Assembly (NCBI GenBank): GCA_025340205.1
Contig: CP006868.1
Span: 1,440,001-1,472,000 of the forward strand
Length of the DNA: 32,000 nucleotides
Direction of reading: 5' to 3'
Source of the DNA: Ignicoccus pacificus DSM 13166
GTDB lineage: Archaea; Thermoproteota; Thermoprotei_A; Sulfolobales; Ignicoccaceae
The notes below the pieces were generated by a model. It worked only from the letters and a program-made list of their open reading frames with translations, made no database searches and was not told where the DNA came from. A program made the translations under genes and the position numbers. Positions 8,451 through 17,364 of the stretch are shown piece after piece (positions within the stretch are counted from its first letter, which is position 1; each line of letters opens with the position of its first letter).

Positions 8451-9560
8451 GTGTTACGAGCAGTGAGCGCAAAGGCTTCCCAATGGGAGATATCGAGGAA
8501 GGAGCTGAAGGAGCTGCTGAAGCAGTTGGAGCAGTGGAGCGCGCCGGCAACTACTCTGCTCTCCCTCTACATTCCTCCTGGCAGGCCCATAGGCGACGTC
8601 ATGGAATTGCTGAGGAAGGAGCTGAGCGTTGCAGATAACGTCAAGTTGAAGAAGACTAGAGAAGCGGTGAAGACAGCCCTCGTGGCCGCTATGGACAGAT
8701 TGAAGAAGTTCGATAAGGTTCCACCTAACGGACTGGTCATATTCTGTGGCATAAACCCCAAAACGGAGAAGCTCGAATGCTTCACCTTCTCTCCTCCCGA
8801 CAAGGTACCCGTCTTCTTCTACCGAACAGACAAGCACTTCCACACTGAGTTCCTAAAAGAGATGGTAGAAGAGCCGGAGGTATATGGCCTAATCCTAGTC
8901 GAAAGAGGAAAGATGATGGTGGGATTGCTAAGGGGATCGAGGATAGAGATCTTGAGAGAGGCGACGGGATTCATCCCGAGCAAGCACCACAGAGGAGGTC
9001 AGTCACAAAGAAGGTTCGACAGGCTCATAGAACAAGCGGCTGAGGCCTTCTACAAACACGCGGGAGAGGTGGCTAGCCAAGCCCTCCTCCCCTATTTAGA
9101 GCAAGGGAGGCTTAAGGGAGTCTTGGTGGGTGGTCCGGCATTCTCAAAGCAAGATTTCTTGGATGCCGGAGGGCTTGACTACCGACTAAAGCAGAAGATC
9201 CTGGGTCTCTACGACGTAGCTGATGTAGATGAACATGGATTCCATGAACTCGTACAAAGGGCGTACGATGAAATACAAGGCCAGAAATACGCCGAAGCCA
9301 CTAAAGCCTTGGAAGAGTTCAAGAGACATCTAGCCAAGGATACGGGCTATGAGGTCTATGGTTATGACGAGGTAATGGAGGCTCTGAGAATGGGAATGTT
9401 GAAGACGCTATTGATTCCCGAAGATCACCCAGAACTAGAAAAGATCAAGGAGGAGGCAGAGATGTATGGAACAAAGGTGGTGGTCATTCCGGAGGGAGTG
9501 CCGGAGGCTGAGTGGTTTAAAAAGACCTTCGGAATAGCGGGCATTAAAAGGTTCAAGTAA
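8451..9560 (+). CDS. prf1: Peptide chain release factor aRF1
   Basis: GGQSQRRFDRLIEQAAEAFYKHAGEVA (GGQ motif), SLYIPPGRPIGDV, LVERGKMMVGLL, GILGLYDVADVDEHGFHELV-type region. The likely start is the GTG at 8463 (MSAKASQWEISR). Confidence 0.95.
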   Translation: MLRAVSAKASQWEISRKELKELLKQLEQWSAPATTLLSLYIPPGRPIGDVMELLRKELSVADNVKLKKTREAVKTALVAAMDRLKKFDKVPPNGLVIFCGINPKTEKLECFTFSPPDKVPVFFYRTDKHFHTEFLKEMVEEPEVYGLILVERGKMMVGLLRGSRIEILREATGFIPSKHHRGGQSQRRFDRLIEQAAEAFYKHAGEVASQALLPYLEQGRLKGVLVGGPAFSKQDFLDAGGLDYRLKQKILGLYDVADVDEHGFHELVQRAYDEIQGQKYAEATKALEEFKRHLAKDTGYEVYGYDEVMEALRMGMLKTLLIPEDHPELEKIKEEAEMYGTKVVVIPEGVPEAEWFKKTFGIAGIKRFK

Positions 9561-9612
9561 GTTCCAAAAAGTAGTTTATACCCTCTTCTCCCAACTCCTC
9601 TCGGGTCCTAAT

Positions 9613-10245
9613 TTGAGGCTCGTGGAGATAGGGCTGAAGGAGCTGAATGCTCTAGTGGGGAAGGCTGCTGATTTGAGCATGGAGGCGTTCGATACCGCCC
9701 TGCAAGCTATAAAGGATAAGAACAGGGAGGAGAAGAGGCTTAAGGTCAAAGAACTAGTTAAGGAATTAAGAAAGCTGAGGGAGGAGATAGATGAGCTCTC
9801 ATTAGAGATAATCGCCAGGTACCAGCCGGTCGCCTCAGAGCTAAGGAGAGTAAAGGCTGCAATAGAACTCGGTTACGCCTTCTTGAGGTTTGGTCGCTAC
9901 TCCTACGATGCCTTAGCTGCCTTTAGTAGAGCGGAGAAGCTCGGGATAGAGTGCGACTCCAAGAAATTCGACGAAATGGCGCCTATAGTTAAGGGAATGA
10001 TGCAAGATGCAATTAAGTCTATTAAAGAGCTCGACGTAATACTAGCGTTAAAGGTAATAAGTAAGGACGATGAGGTGGATCAGCTTTATCATAAGTACTT
10101 GACCGAGATAATGACCAGTTACGATAGCGTAGCTTGTGCCGTCGTGGAGGCCTTGGCGATCAAGTTCTTGGAGAGAGCAGCGGATCACAGCGTCCACGTG
10201 GCCGCCCAGACGGTGTTCGTAGTAGAAGGAAAGATGCCGGAGTGA
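9613..10245 (+). CDS. PhoU-domain family protein
   Basis: Helical protein with ARYQPVASELRRVKAAIELGYAFLRFGRYS and KFLERAADHSVHVAAQTVFVVEG, characteristic of PhoU repeats. Confidence 0.82.
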   Translation: MRLVEIGLKELNALVGKAADLSMEAFDTALQAIKDKNREEKRLKVKELVKELRKLREEIDELSLEIIARYQPVASELRRVKAAIELGYAFLRFGRYSYDALAAFSRAEKLGIECDSKKFDEMAPIVKGMMQDAIKSIKELDVILALKVISKDDEVDQLYHKYLTEIMTSYDSVACAVVEALAIKFLERAADHSVHVAAQTVFVVEGKMPE

Positions 10246-10312
10246 GAGCTTTGCTCACCCTCAGACCTGCGCGGGCTCCTCACCGCTCAGCCCTTAGAGC
10301 GCTCGTCATAGG

Positions 10313-11122
10313 GTGAACGCCTTGGATCCAGTTTCATTGCTTCTCTTGGGGCTCGGATTCCCTTTAGGCAGAACCCGCGCTAGGAGGATCGCAAAACCCC
10401 TTTCAATCTTCTTGGTGTATTTCGTGGAGCCAATACTGGGCTTCTGGGCTGGGGTGAGTCTAAAAAGAGAATATGCAGCCGCCTTGGCTCCCTTAGTTGA
10501 AATACCCGTAGCACTTCTCGCTCTGAAGCTCTTCGAGGATTGCCCCAAGAAAGGGGGCGGAGCTATCACTTCTGCCTTCGGGAACACCATATTCCTTGGA
10601 ATTCCCGCAGTGCTAGCGATTAACGGAAACATAGACGCGGCCGTTACCTATGCCATGGTAACTACTTTTATCCACTTCATAACCGCTTCAATCCTCTCAT
10701 GCAAGAAGGGAAAGGCTCAGTTCCAGCCCATTGCCATTACCTTTATCTTAGGCATATTGTTGAGTCCTTATTCCTCTCTCTTGAAACCTTTCCTGTGGAC
10801 AAAGCAGTTAGCCGCCAACTTGGCCAAGCTGGGTCTCTTGATCTTAGGCCTCAGTTTCGAATTCGAACATCTAAAGATAGACAGAGAAGTAATGAAGATA
10901 GGCCTACTGAAACACATAGCTTTACCTATGCTCACCATACCTTTTACTCTTCTAGGGGGAGGAAAAGCGATCTTTGTAGAAGCGTCCATGCCTCCTGCCT
11001 TTATGAACATAGCATTGGCCTACGTATATGGTTTTGATATAAAGATGGTGACCAAAGCAGTAATAACATTGACTTTGTTATGGATAGTAGCCTTCGTTCC
11101 GTTGAGCTTTTTCATCCATTAA
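10313..11122 (+). CDS. AEC-family (auxin efflux carrier-like) transporter
   Basis: About 8-10 hydrophobic segments, GNTIFLGIPAVLAI, LILGLSFEF, MPPAFMNIALAYVYG. Resembles malonate/auxin-type permeases. Confidence 0.7.
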   Translation: MNALDPVSLLLLGLGFPLGRTRARRIAKPLSIFLVYFVEPILGFWAGVSLKREYAAALAPLVEIPVALLALKLFEDCPKKGGGAITSAFGNTIFLGIPAVLAINGNIDAAVTYAMVTTFIHFITASILSCKKGKAQFQPIAITFILGILLSPYSSLLKPFLWTKQLAANLAKLGLLILGLSFEFEHLKIDREVMKIGLLKHIALPMLTIPFTLLGGGKAIFVEASMPPAFMNIALAYVYGFDIKMVTKAVITLTLLWIVAFVPLSFFIH

Positions 11123-12356
11123 CCCTCACTTCGCTTAAAGTATATTCCCTATATCCAGCATCTAATACTAACTTATAACCCCTTATGTAGAATTTGTCTC
11201 TTACATGGAATTTTAAGCAAACGTCGAAGTCTTTGAAACGCTTGGCATAGATGTCCGTATAAGCAACCACCTTATCTGGGAGGAGTCGTCTGTCCTCTAC
11301 TACCTTTAGCACAAAATGCGTTCCCGGAAGTGTCACATTAGGGTAAATTTGGGGTAGCGTCAGGCACGCTGTAGCCTCCCCAGGAAGGAGGCTGGCTACT
11401 TTTGTACCACTCTCGTACCAAGTGACATTAGCATTAGGTATAACGTAATACAGAATATAATCGAAGACCGGTACGTTGGCAACGTTAACACAATAGCCGT
11501 TGCAAAGATCCACCTTCACTGCTCTGACGAAATCTGTTTCGTAGCCTCCAAAGCGTTCAAACCTTCTTATTCCAAACTTCTCGGGAACGTTCACCTTAAC
11601 CGTCTTCGTCTCGAAGGGTCGGAGAGTTACACTTCCTATATAGATGTCCACACCTCCTTTTACATCCGCCGAGAGTTTCAAGTGAAGTGTGTTATTGCAC
11701 TTGTTCTCGAACTTCAAGAGGGTACTTGCTCCGGGGACTAAGGGTACCTTACCCAATACATCTATATGCAAGCATTTACTCGTTCTTTCTACAATCCTCT
11801 CATAAAAGTAGTGAGAGAGATTCACCTTCGCATTTCCCCCAGCCTTTAACACCACGTTTAGATACGCTCCTTCTAATTTGGCTTTTACCACTAAACCGAG
11901 GACGCTCGACAAAAACCCAAGCGGTGAGGCTCCACTAAGCACGTTTATCGTTGAATACATTAGTTTAGCAATATTTATCAACGTCGACAAAGATCCTCCC
12001 TGAGATAGTACAAAAGAAGTTATTGGCCAGCAATAGGTGATGTTAGGTAGCACGTTGAAGAGTATTATCCTATAAGGTACATCGCGTCTTTTCGCGACAT
12101 CGAAGGTTATCTGAATAACTCCTCTAAGCTTGGAATCGCTCTTGATACAAAGGAGGCTATCCATCGATCCCTCATAACCAAATCCTAGTAGAGGTCCTTC
12201 TATCTTAGAGGGGACCATATCCATGTATACTATCTTATACCGACCATACGTTAACGTATGATTTATATAAGAGAACTTCACGTAAAGCCAAGAGATGGTA
12301 AAAGTCGACGCAAAGATGCTAACTCCTAGAATTAAGAGGGAAATGAGTACTCTCAT
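11112..12356 (-). CDS. Predicted membrane-anchored or secreted protein, 414 aa
   Basis: N-terminal hydrophobic segment MRVLISLLILGVSIFASTFTISWLYVKF, followed by a beta-rich extracellular-looking domain with Cys and Asn-X-Ser/Thr sites. No family recognised. Confidence 0.75.
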   Translation of the reverse strand: MRVLISLLILGVSIFASTFTISWLYVKFSYINHTLTYGRYKIVYMDMVPSKIEGPLLGFGYEGSMDSLLCIKSDSKLRGVIQITFDVAKRRDVPYRIILFNVLPNITYCWPITSFVLSQGGSLSTLINIAKLMYSTINVLSGASPLGFLSSVLGLVVKAKLEGAYLNVVLKAGGNAKVNLSHYFYERIVERTSKCLHIDVLGKVPLVPGASTLLKFENKCNNTLHLKLSADVKGGVDIYIGSVTLRPFETKTVKVNVPEKFGIRRFERFGGYETDFVRAVKVDLCNGYCVNVANVPVFDYILYYVIPNANVTWYESGTKVASLLPGEATACLTLPQIYPNVTLPGTHFVLKVVEDRRLLPDKVVAYTDIYAKRFKDFDVCLKFHVRDKFYIRGYKLVLDAGYREYTLSEVRVNG

Positions 12357-12422
12357 AGCTCCCTAAGAGCATGAGGGAAGCCTCTATATATACCTCACTA
12401 TATTACATGAACCGGTGGTAAC

Positions 12423-14423
12423 ATGACTGACATCAAGAGGATACTGGTAGTAGGAGCCGGAGTAATGGGGCATGGAATAGCACAAGTGGCCGCCATGGCA
12501 GGCTATCAAGTAAGGATGATAGACATAAAACAAGAGTTCCTAGATAGAGCTATGCAGAGAATCAAGGAGAGCTTAGAGAAGCTTTACGCTAAGGGGAAGT
12601 TAAAGGAAAATCCTGAAGATGTGCTCAAGAGAATAGAGCCTATGGTGGCGAACCCTGACGACGAAGAGAGCTATGCAAGGGCAGCTAAAGACATAGACTT
12701 CATGATAGAGGCCGTTCCTGAGATACTCGACCTAAAGAGGGCGGTCTTCAGTACTATCGATAAGTACGCCCCTCCTCATGCTATCCTAAGCTCCAACACG
12801 TCTTCCATACCAATAACCGAGATAGCTAAGGCCACAAAGAGGCCGGACAAGGTAGTGGGAATGCACTTCTTCAACCCCCCAGTAATCCTGAAGTTAGTCG
12901 AGGTCGTAAGGGGAGCAGAAACCAGCGACGAGACTGTAAAAACCACTGTAGAACTAGCCAAGAGCATGGGTAAGGTTCCTATAGTAGTAGAAAAGGATGT
13001 CCCCGGCTTCATAGTGAACAGGGTAATGGCCAGGTTCTTAAACGAAGGATGTTGGCTAGTGGAGAGGAGCGTTTACACTATAGAGCAAGTAGACGCCGCA
13101 TTGAGGTATAAGTTGAACTTCCCCATGGGTGCATTCGAGCTAGCCGACTACGTGGGACTGGACGTACTGGTCCATCTCATGGAGGCGATGAGAGAAAGGG
13201 GAATGAACATAACTATATGTCCTAAGTTCAAGAAGCTTGTAGAGGAGAAGAAGTTAGGCGTGAAGAGCGGAGAGGGCTTCTACAAGTACCCCGCTCCCGG
13301 TAAGTTCGTCAAGCCCTCTGTCAAGGCTTCTGCGGCAGAAGGGGTAGACTACGTAGCCATAGTCGATACTGCCGTGAACGAGGGAGCTTGGCTTGTAGAA
13401 AACGAGGTAGCCAAGGTAGAGGACGTCGATACTGCCACTGTTCTAGGTTTGAACTTGCCCATGGGTATACTGAGGTTGGGCGACAGCTTAGGTTTGGACA
13501 ACGTTCTAGCATCTATAGAGGAGAAGGCCAAGAAGTATGGCATGGAGGACTACAAGCCGACTCAACTTCTTAAGAGAATGGTAGAGAAGGGCAACTGTGG
13601 AGTCAAGTGCGGAAAGGGCTTCCACGAATATGAGGTGAAGGAAGAGGATAGGGGAGAGATAAAGGTAAGGAGGGAAGGAGATGCTCTCTGGGTAGTTCTT
13701 AACAGACCTAAACAGAGGAACGCCTTAACTCCGGAGATGCTGAACAAGATGGCTGATGCTGTTAGGGAAGGATGCCTAGATCCCAACGTAAAGGTCATAG
13801 TACTCTATGGAGGAGAGGTGTTCAGCGCAGGATTCGACCTAACAGTTATGAGCAAAGTAAGGCCTTCTGAAGCTCCGATGAAGGTGGCCAGGCCCTTCAT
13901 GAGGCTAGGTAATGTAATTGCCAACTGTCCCAAGCCTGTGGTAGCTTACATAACTGGATATGCGTTGGGAGGAGGACTCGAGGTAGCGATGATGGCTGAC
14001 TTGAGGTTAGCCAGCGAAGGAGCTCTGCTTGGTCAGCCAGAGATAAACGTAGGCATAATACCGGGAGGAGGAGGAACCCAGAGGCTGCCGAGGCTAGTAG
14101 GTCTCGGCAGGGCTCTGCAGTTGGTAATGCTTGGCGAAATGATTGACGCTGAAACTGCCAAGGAGTGGGGCTTGGTAAACTGGGTAGTGCCTAAGAGAGT
14201 TGCAGACGCCGAGATAAGACTCCTTGTAGAGAAGCTTGCCTCCAAGCCTCCGATAGCCCTTGCCGTTGCCAAGGAGGTAACTAGAGCTGCCTTAGAGGTA
14301 CCCCTTAACGAAGGAGTGAAGTTCGAAGCAGAGGCCTTTGCTAGAGTACTCAGCACGGAGGACGCTAAGGAAGGTATAAACGCGTTCCTAGAGAAGAGGA
14401 AGCCTAGGTTCAGGGGCGAGTAA
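12423..14423 (+). CDS. 3-hydroxyacyl-CoA dehydrogenase / enoyl-CoA hydratase fusion (crotonyl-CoA hydratase/(S)-3-hydroxybutyryl-CoA dehydrogenase)
   Basis: N-terminal Rossmann VVGAGVMGHGIAQVAAMAGYQV and SSNTSSIPITEIA...GMHFFNPPVILKLVEV. C-terminal crotonase ALGGGLEVAMMADLRLASEGALLGQPEINVGIIPGGGGTQRLPRLVG. Confidence 0.96.
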   Translation: MTDIKRILVVGAGVMGHGIAQVAAMAGYQVRMIDIKQEFLDRAMQRIKESLEKLYAKGKLKENPEDVLKRIEPMVANPDDEESYARAAKDIDFMIEAVPEILDLKRAVFSTIDKYAPPHAILSSNTSSIPITEIAKATKRPDKVVGMHFFNPPVILKLVEVVRGAETSDETVKTTVELAKSMGKVPIVVEKDVPGFIVNRVMARFLNEGCWLVERSVYTIEQVDAALRYKLNFPMGAFELADYVGLDVLVHLMEAMRERGMNITICPKFKKLVEEKKLGVKSGEGFYKYPAPGKFVKPSVKASAAEGVDYVAIVDTAVNEGAWLVENEVAKVEDVDTATVLGLNLPMGILRLGDSLGLDNVLASIEEKAKKYGMEDYKPTQLLKRMVEKGNCGVKCGKGFHEYEVKEEDRGEIKVRREGDALWVVLNRPKQRNALTPEMLNKMADAVREGCLDPNVKVIVLYGGEVFSAGFDLTVMSKVRPSEAPMKVARPFMRLGNVIANCPKPVVAYITGYALGGGLEVAMMADLRLASEGALLGQPEINVGIIPGGGGTQRLPRLVGLGRALQLVMLGEMIDAETAKEWGLVNWVVPKRVADAEIRLLVEKLASKPPIALAVAKEVTRAALEVPLNEGVKFEAEAFARVLSTEDAKEGINAFLEKRKPRFRGE

Positions 14424-14627
14424 CCCGTTTTAGACTATTGTTTTATTCCTAAGCGAGATCTCACGTCACTCTCCGTCCGCTTCTCGACCTTAAAACATTC
14501 GTTACTCATCTTTCACTTTCGCTCAACTCTCCCTTCGAATTCATTTTCCAATTTCGTATTCTTATTCCATCAGAGTTAATATCCATAGCACTCGAAATCC
14601 TAACTGGTAAATTTACGAAGGTTCTGT

Positions 14628-14671
14628 TATGACCTTCTGGTATCACCTTGGTAATTTTCTAGTATCACCTT
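14628..14671. repeat. Three short direct repeats TAT(G/C)ACCTT in an ORF-free gap
   Basis: TATGACCTT 14628-14636, TATCACCTT 14641-14649, TATCACCTT 14663-14671. The first also forms part of an inverted repeat GAAGGT(14617)/ACCTTC(14632). Confidence 0.55.
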
Positions 14672-14801
14672 TTTGTTCTCACATTGGAATTGACAGATAC
14701 ATCGATCCTGTAGACAACTGGCGTAGACTAACCACAACCTCTATAATCTTAGTTTTATACATAGAATTAGGACGTTAGCTTCACTGAGGGGTGAGTGCTT
14801 C

Positions 14802-15830
14802 ATGACTAAGGGCCACGCAAAGCCTAAGCGATTGGACGACTTGGAGGAGTGGAGCTTGGCTCCGGCTCTGAAGCTGGGCACTGAAATACTTAGGAGAAAG
14901 CATCCTCACTTGATTAACTACTCCGGAGCTGACCTCATCTCTCCTCCTCAATCTAACCTTTATGATAGGAAAATCGTTGCTAAGAGCTTTAAGAAATTTC
15001 TCACTAAGAACAGCCTTACGTCTAGAGATAAGATAAGTAAGGAGGTAAACAACCTAGTACAAAAGGTGTTCAACGGCCGGATACAGAGGCTTTACCTCAA
15101 TGACGTGCCCGAGATAATGGAGCAGCTCAAGGGAATATCCCTCCCTAACCCCAAGTTAGACGTCATGAGCTATGGAGAGCCCCCGTTAATGATAGAGAGA
15201 AGGGAGAGGCTGATAGAAATATACAAGTTGTTACAATCCGTTCTCATAAAGGTCGGGCAAGACTTCTTCGATCATAACGAAGGGATACTCTACCTTCCTT
15301 CGTTAAACATACTGAAGCCTCAAAGTCTGGTAATAGACTCAGAGATGGACTTGACGCTCTTAAGCATTCCTCATAGCAGTAAGAACTTCAAGACTGTTTT
15401 TGTGATAACCGCTTTCAAGGAGGGAGAGATAAATCTCCGAAGGATGTGCGCTCTAGCGGTCCAAACGCCCTTGCTCCTACTCATCTTACCGAACCACCTT
15501 GACAAGCGCCTATCCGCGAGCATGACCCGTCTCGAGGCTAATTGGATAAACTTCATCAACGCTCAATTTGGAAGGAACGACTTGTGGAGTCTGATCAACA
15601 AGAAGTACAGAAGTAGGGCCAATGAACTAAGAAAAAGGCTTAACTTGAACAAGTTCGAGTTTAAGGAGTTCTTGTTCTGGTGTGTGAAGGAGGGGGCATA
15701 TGAGTTAGGCAAGATGCTAAAGGAAATGGCTTGTGCCGAGATGGAGCTCAGACTTCCTCCGTCTTGGGTTATGGAGAACATATTTACAACGCATGTACCC
15801 GGGTTGCTCGGGAGAACCTTTGCTCAATAA
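14802..15830 (+). CDS. Hypothetical protein, 342 aa
   Basis: Intact ORF with ATG start, TATA-like TTTTATA at ~14754 and purine-rich GAGGGGTGA upstream. No family recognised. Confidence 0.8.
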   Translation: MTKGHAKPKRLDDLEEWSLAPALKLGTEILRRKHPHLINYSGADLISPPQSNLYDRKIVAKSFKKFLTKNSLTSRDKISKEVNNLVQKVFNGRIQRLYLNDVPEIMEQLKGISLPNPKLDVMSYGEPPLMIERRERLIEIYKLLQSVLIKVGQDFFDHNEGILYLPSLNILKPQSLVIDSEMDLTLLSIPHSSKNFKTVFVITAFKEGEINLRRMCALAVQTPLLLLILPNHLDKRLSASMTRLEANWINFINAQFGRNDLWSLINKKYRSRANELRKRLNLNKFEFKEFLFWCVKEGAYELGKMLKEMACAEMELRLPPSWVMENIFTTHVPGLLGRTFAQ

Positions 15831-15867
15831 CGCTCGCTTCAGGGGCGAATTTTACGATGTTAGAGAA

Positions 15868-17241
15868 ATGAGGGCGGTGGAGCTCAACTCCGCATCCCTT
15901 GGGTTCTCCGAAGAGTTGATGATGGAGAATGCGGGAGCTTGGGTGGCGAAGGTAGCTAGGAGTAAAGGAGAGAGCTTCCTAATACTGGTCGGGAAGGGTG
16001 GAAAGGGCGGCGACGGGCTGGTCGCAGCCAGGCACTTAGCTCTGATGGGCGCTGAAGTTATGGTACTCTTTCCTTACAAAGAATGCGAAATAAAGAAGGA
16101 GACCACCAAGAAGAACTTAGAAAGAGCCAAGATGAGTGGGGTTAGATTTGTCAAGGAATTCACGGAGGCTGATGTCATCATAGATGCCCTGCTGGGAACT
16201 GGGGTTAAGGGAATGCCTAGGTCCCCCGCAAAGGAACTGATAGAGCAATCTAACGATTTCAATGCTTTCAAAATAGCCATTGACTTGCCTTCTGGAATGG
16301 ATCCGGATACTGGAGAGTGCGAGCTATGCTTCGAGGCGGACTTGATCGTGACCATGCATGCCCCTAAGCCCGGCTTGAAGAATCTGATGGATAAGGTAAT
16401 AGTTGCCGAGATAGGGATACCGAAGAGAGCGGATCAGTACTTGGGACCAGGGGATTTGCTACTCAGGCCAAGAGGGATAAGGAAGGGTAGCAACGGAAGG
16501 GTGGCGGTAATAGGCGGATCCAAAAGGTATCAAGGAGCTCCTTGGATCTCGGCGCTGGCTGCGTTTAGGGCCGGGGCGGATTTGGTCTACGTTTACACGC
16601 CTACTAGAATGGACTTCCCCGAGCTGATATGGAGGAAGAGGACTGGAACTCGAGTAGAGGAAATGAGTTTGAAGGAGGCCTTAGAAAAGGACAGAATAAA
16701 CGTAATAGTCGTTGGTCCTGGACTGGCGGAGGAAGCGCTTGAGATAACCAAGGAGGTTCTTGAGTATGCAAAAGAGAAGGACGTTTCCTTGGTTTTAGAC
16801 GCTGACTCATTAAAGGTATTGCCGGAAATCGGAGAGAAGCTTGGCTGGAAAGCCGTGCTCACCCCCCATCTCGGGGAGGCCTCAAAGCTTCTCGGAAGGA
16901 GCTTAACGGATTCGCCTAAGGAGAGGATGGAGGCCGCCTTTGATATTTCCGATTCCTTTGAAGCATGTGTAATACTAAAGGGTCCAATAGACGTGGTGGC
17001 TTGCAAGGACAAGCTCGTACTCAACACTACGGGGAACGAGTACATGACCGTTGGAGGTACCGGTGACGCCCTCTCCGGTGTAGTAGGAGCGTTGCTAGGG
17101 AGGGACGAGCCCTGGTGGGCGGCTAAGGCTACCACTTATGCTGTAGGTAAATCGGGAGAAATATGCGTAGAGGAAAGGGGGCACGCTTCCCCAACTTGCC
17201 TCATAGAGACCGTCCCGAAGGTGCTACACTCCGTTAAATGA
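15868..17241 (+). CDS. nnr: Bifunctional NAD(P)H-hydrate epimerase / ADP-dependent NAD(P)H-hydrate dehydratase
   Basis: N-terminal MRAVELNSASLGFSEELMMENAG and GKGGKGGDGLVAARHLA (YjeF-N). C-terminal VLTPHLGEASKLLGR, LNTTGNEYMTVGGTGDALSGVVGALL (YjeF-C). The track start at 15733 overlaps the previous gene, so ATG 15868 fits better. Confidence 0.93.
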   Translation: MRAVELNSASLGFSEELMMENAGAWVAKVARSKGESFLILVGKGGKGGDGLVAARHLALMGAEVMVLFPYKECEIKKETTKKNLERAKMSGVRFVKEFTEADVIIDALLGTGVKGMPRSPAKELIEQSNDFNAFKIAIDLPSGMDPDTGECELCFEADLIVTMHAPKPGLKNLMDKVIVAEIGIPKRADQYLGPGDLLLRPRGIRKGSNGRVAVIGGSKRYQGAPWISALAAFRAGADLVYVYTPTRMDFPELIWRKRTGTRVEEMSLKEALEKDRINVIVVGPGLAEEALEITKEVLEYAKEKDVSLVLDADSLKVLPEIGEKLGWKAVLTPHLGEASKLLGRSLTDSPKERMEAAFDISDSFEACVILKGPIDVVACKDKLVLNTTGNEYMTVGGTGDALSGVVGALLGRDEPWWAAKATTYAVGKSGEICVEERGHASPTCLIETVPKVLHSVK

Positions 17242-17299
17242 GTGTCCCCAGAGTGTTCGAAAGTCTTAACTTTTCGAGGGTGTGCCTTTCGTGGGGTTC

Positions 17300-17364
17300 G
17301 ACACGAGTCCTTCACTAATATACTCTTCGGTCACACTATTCTGAACCCGGGGACTACTCGTGTC
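17300..17364. promoter_or_regulatory. Inverted repeat flanking the radA promoter/start
   Basis: GACACGAGT 17300-17308 and its exact reverse complement ACTCGTGTC 17356-17364, the latter covering the radA GTG start. A second pair is GGGTTC 17294-17299 / GAACCC 17343-17348. Confidence 0.5.

Noticed and set aside
12776-14356. Several 60-107 aa ORFs on both strands inside the hydroxyacyl-CoA dehydrogenase fusion
   Set aside because: Shadow ORFs of a highly conserved gene, with no start context and no recognisable domain.
14629-14778. Possible 49-aa plus-strand ORF MTFWYHLGNFLVSPFCSHIGIDRY...
   Set aside because: No hydrophobic or structural pattern, no clear ribosome-binding site, and it overlaps the repeat cluster. 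Conservation would be needed to accept it.
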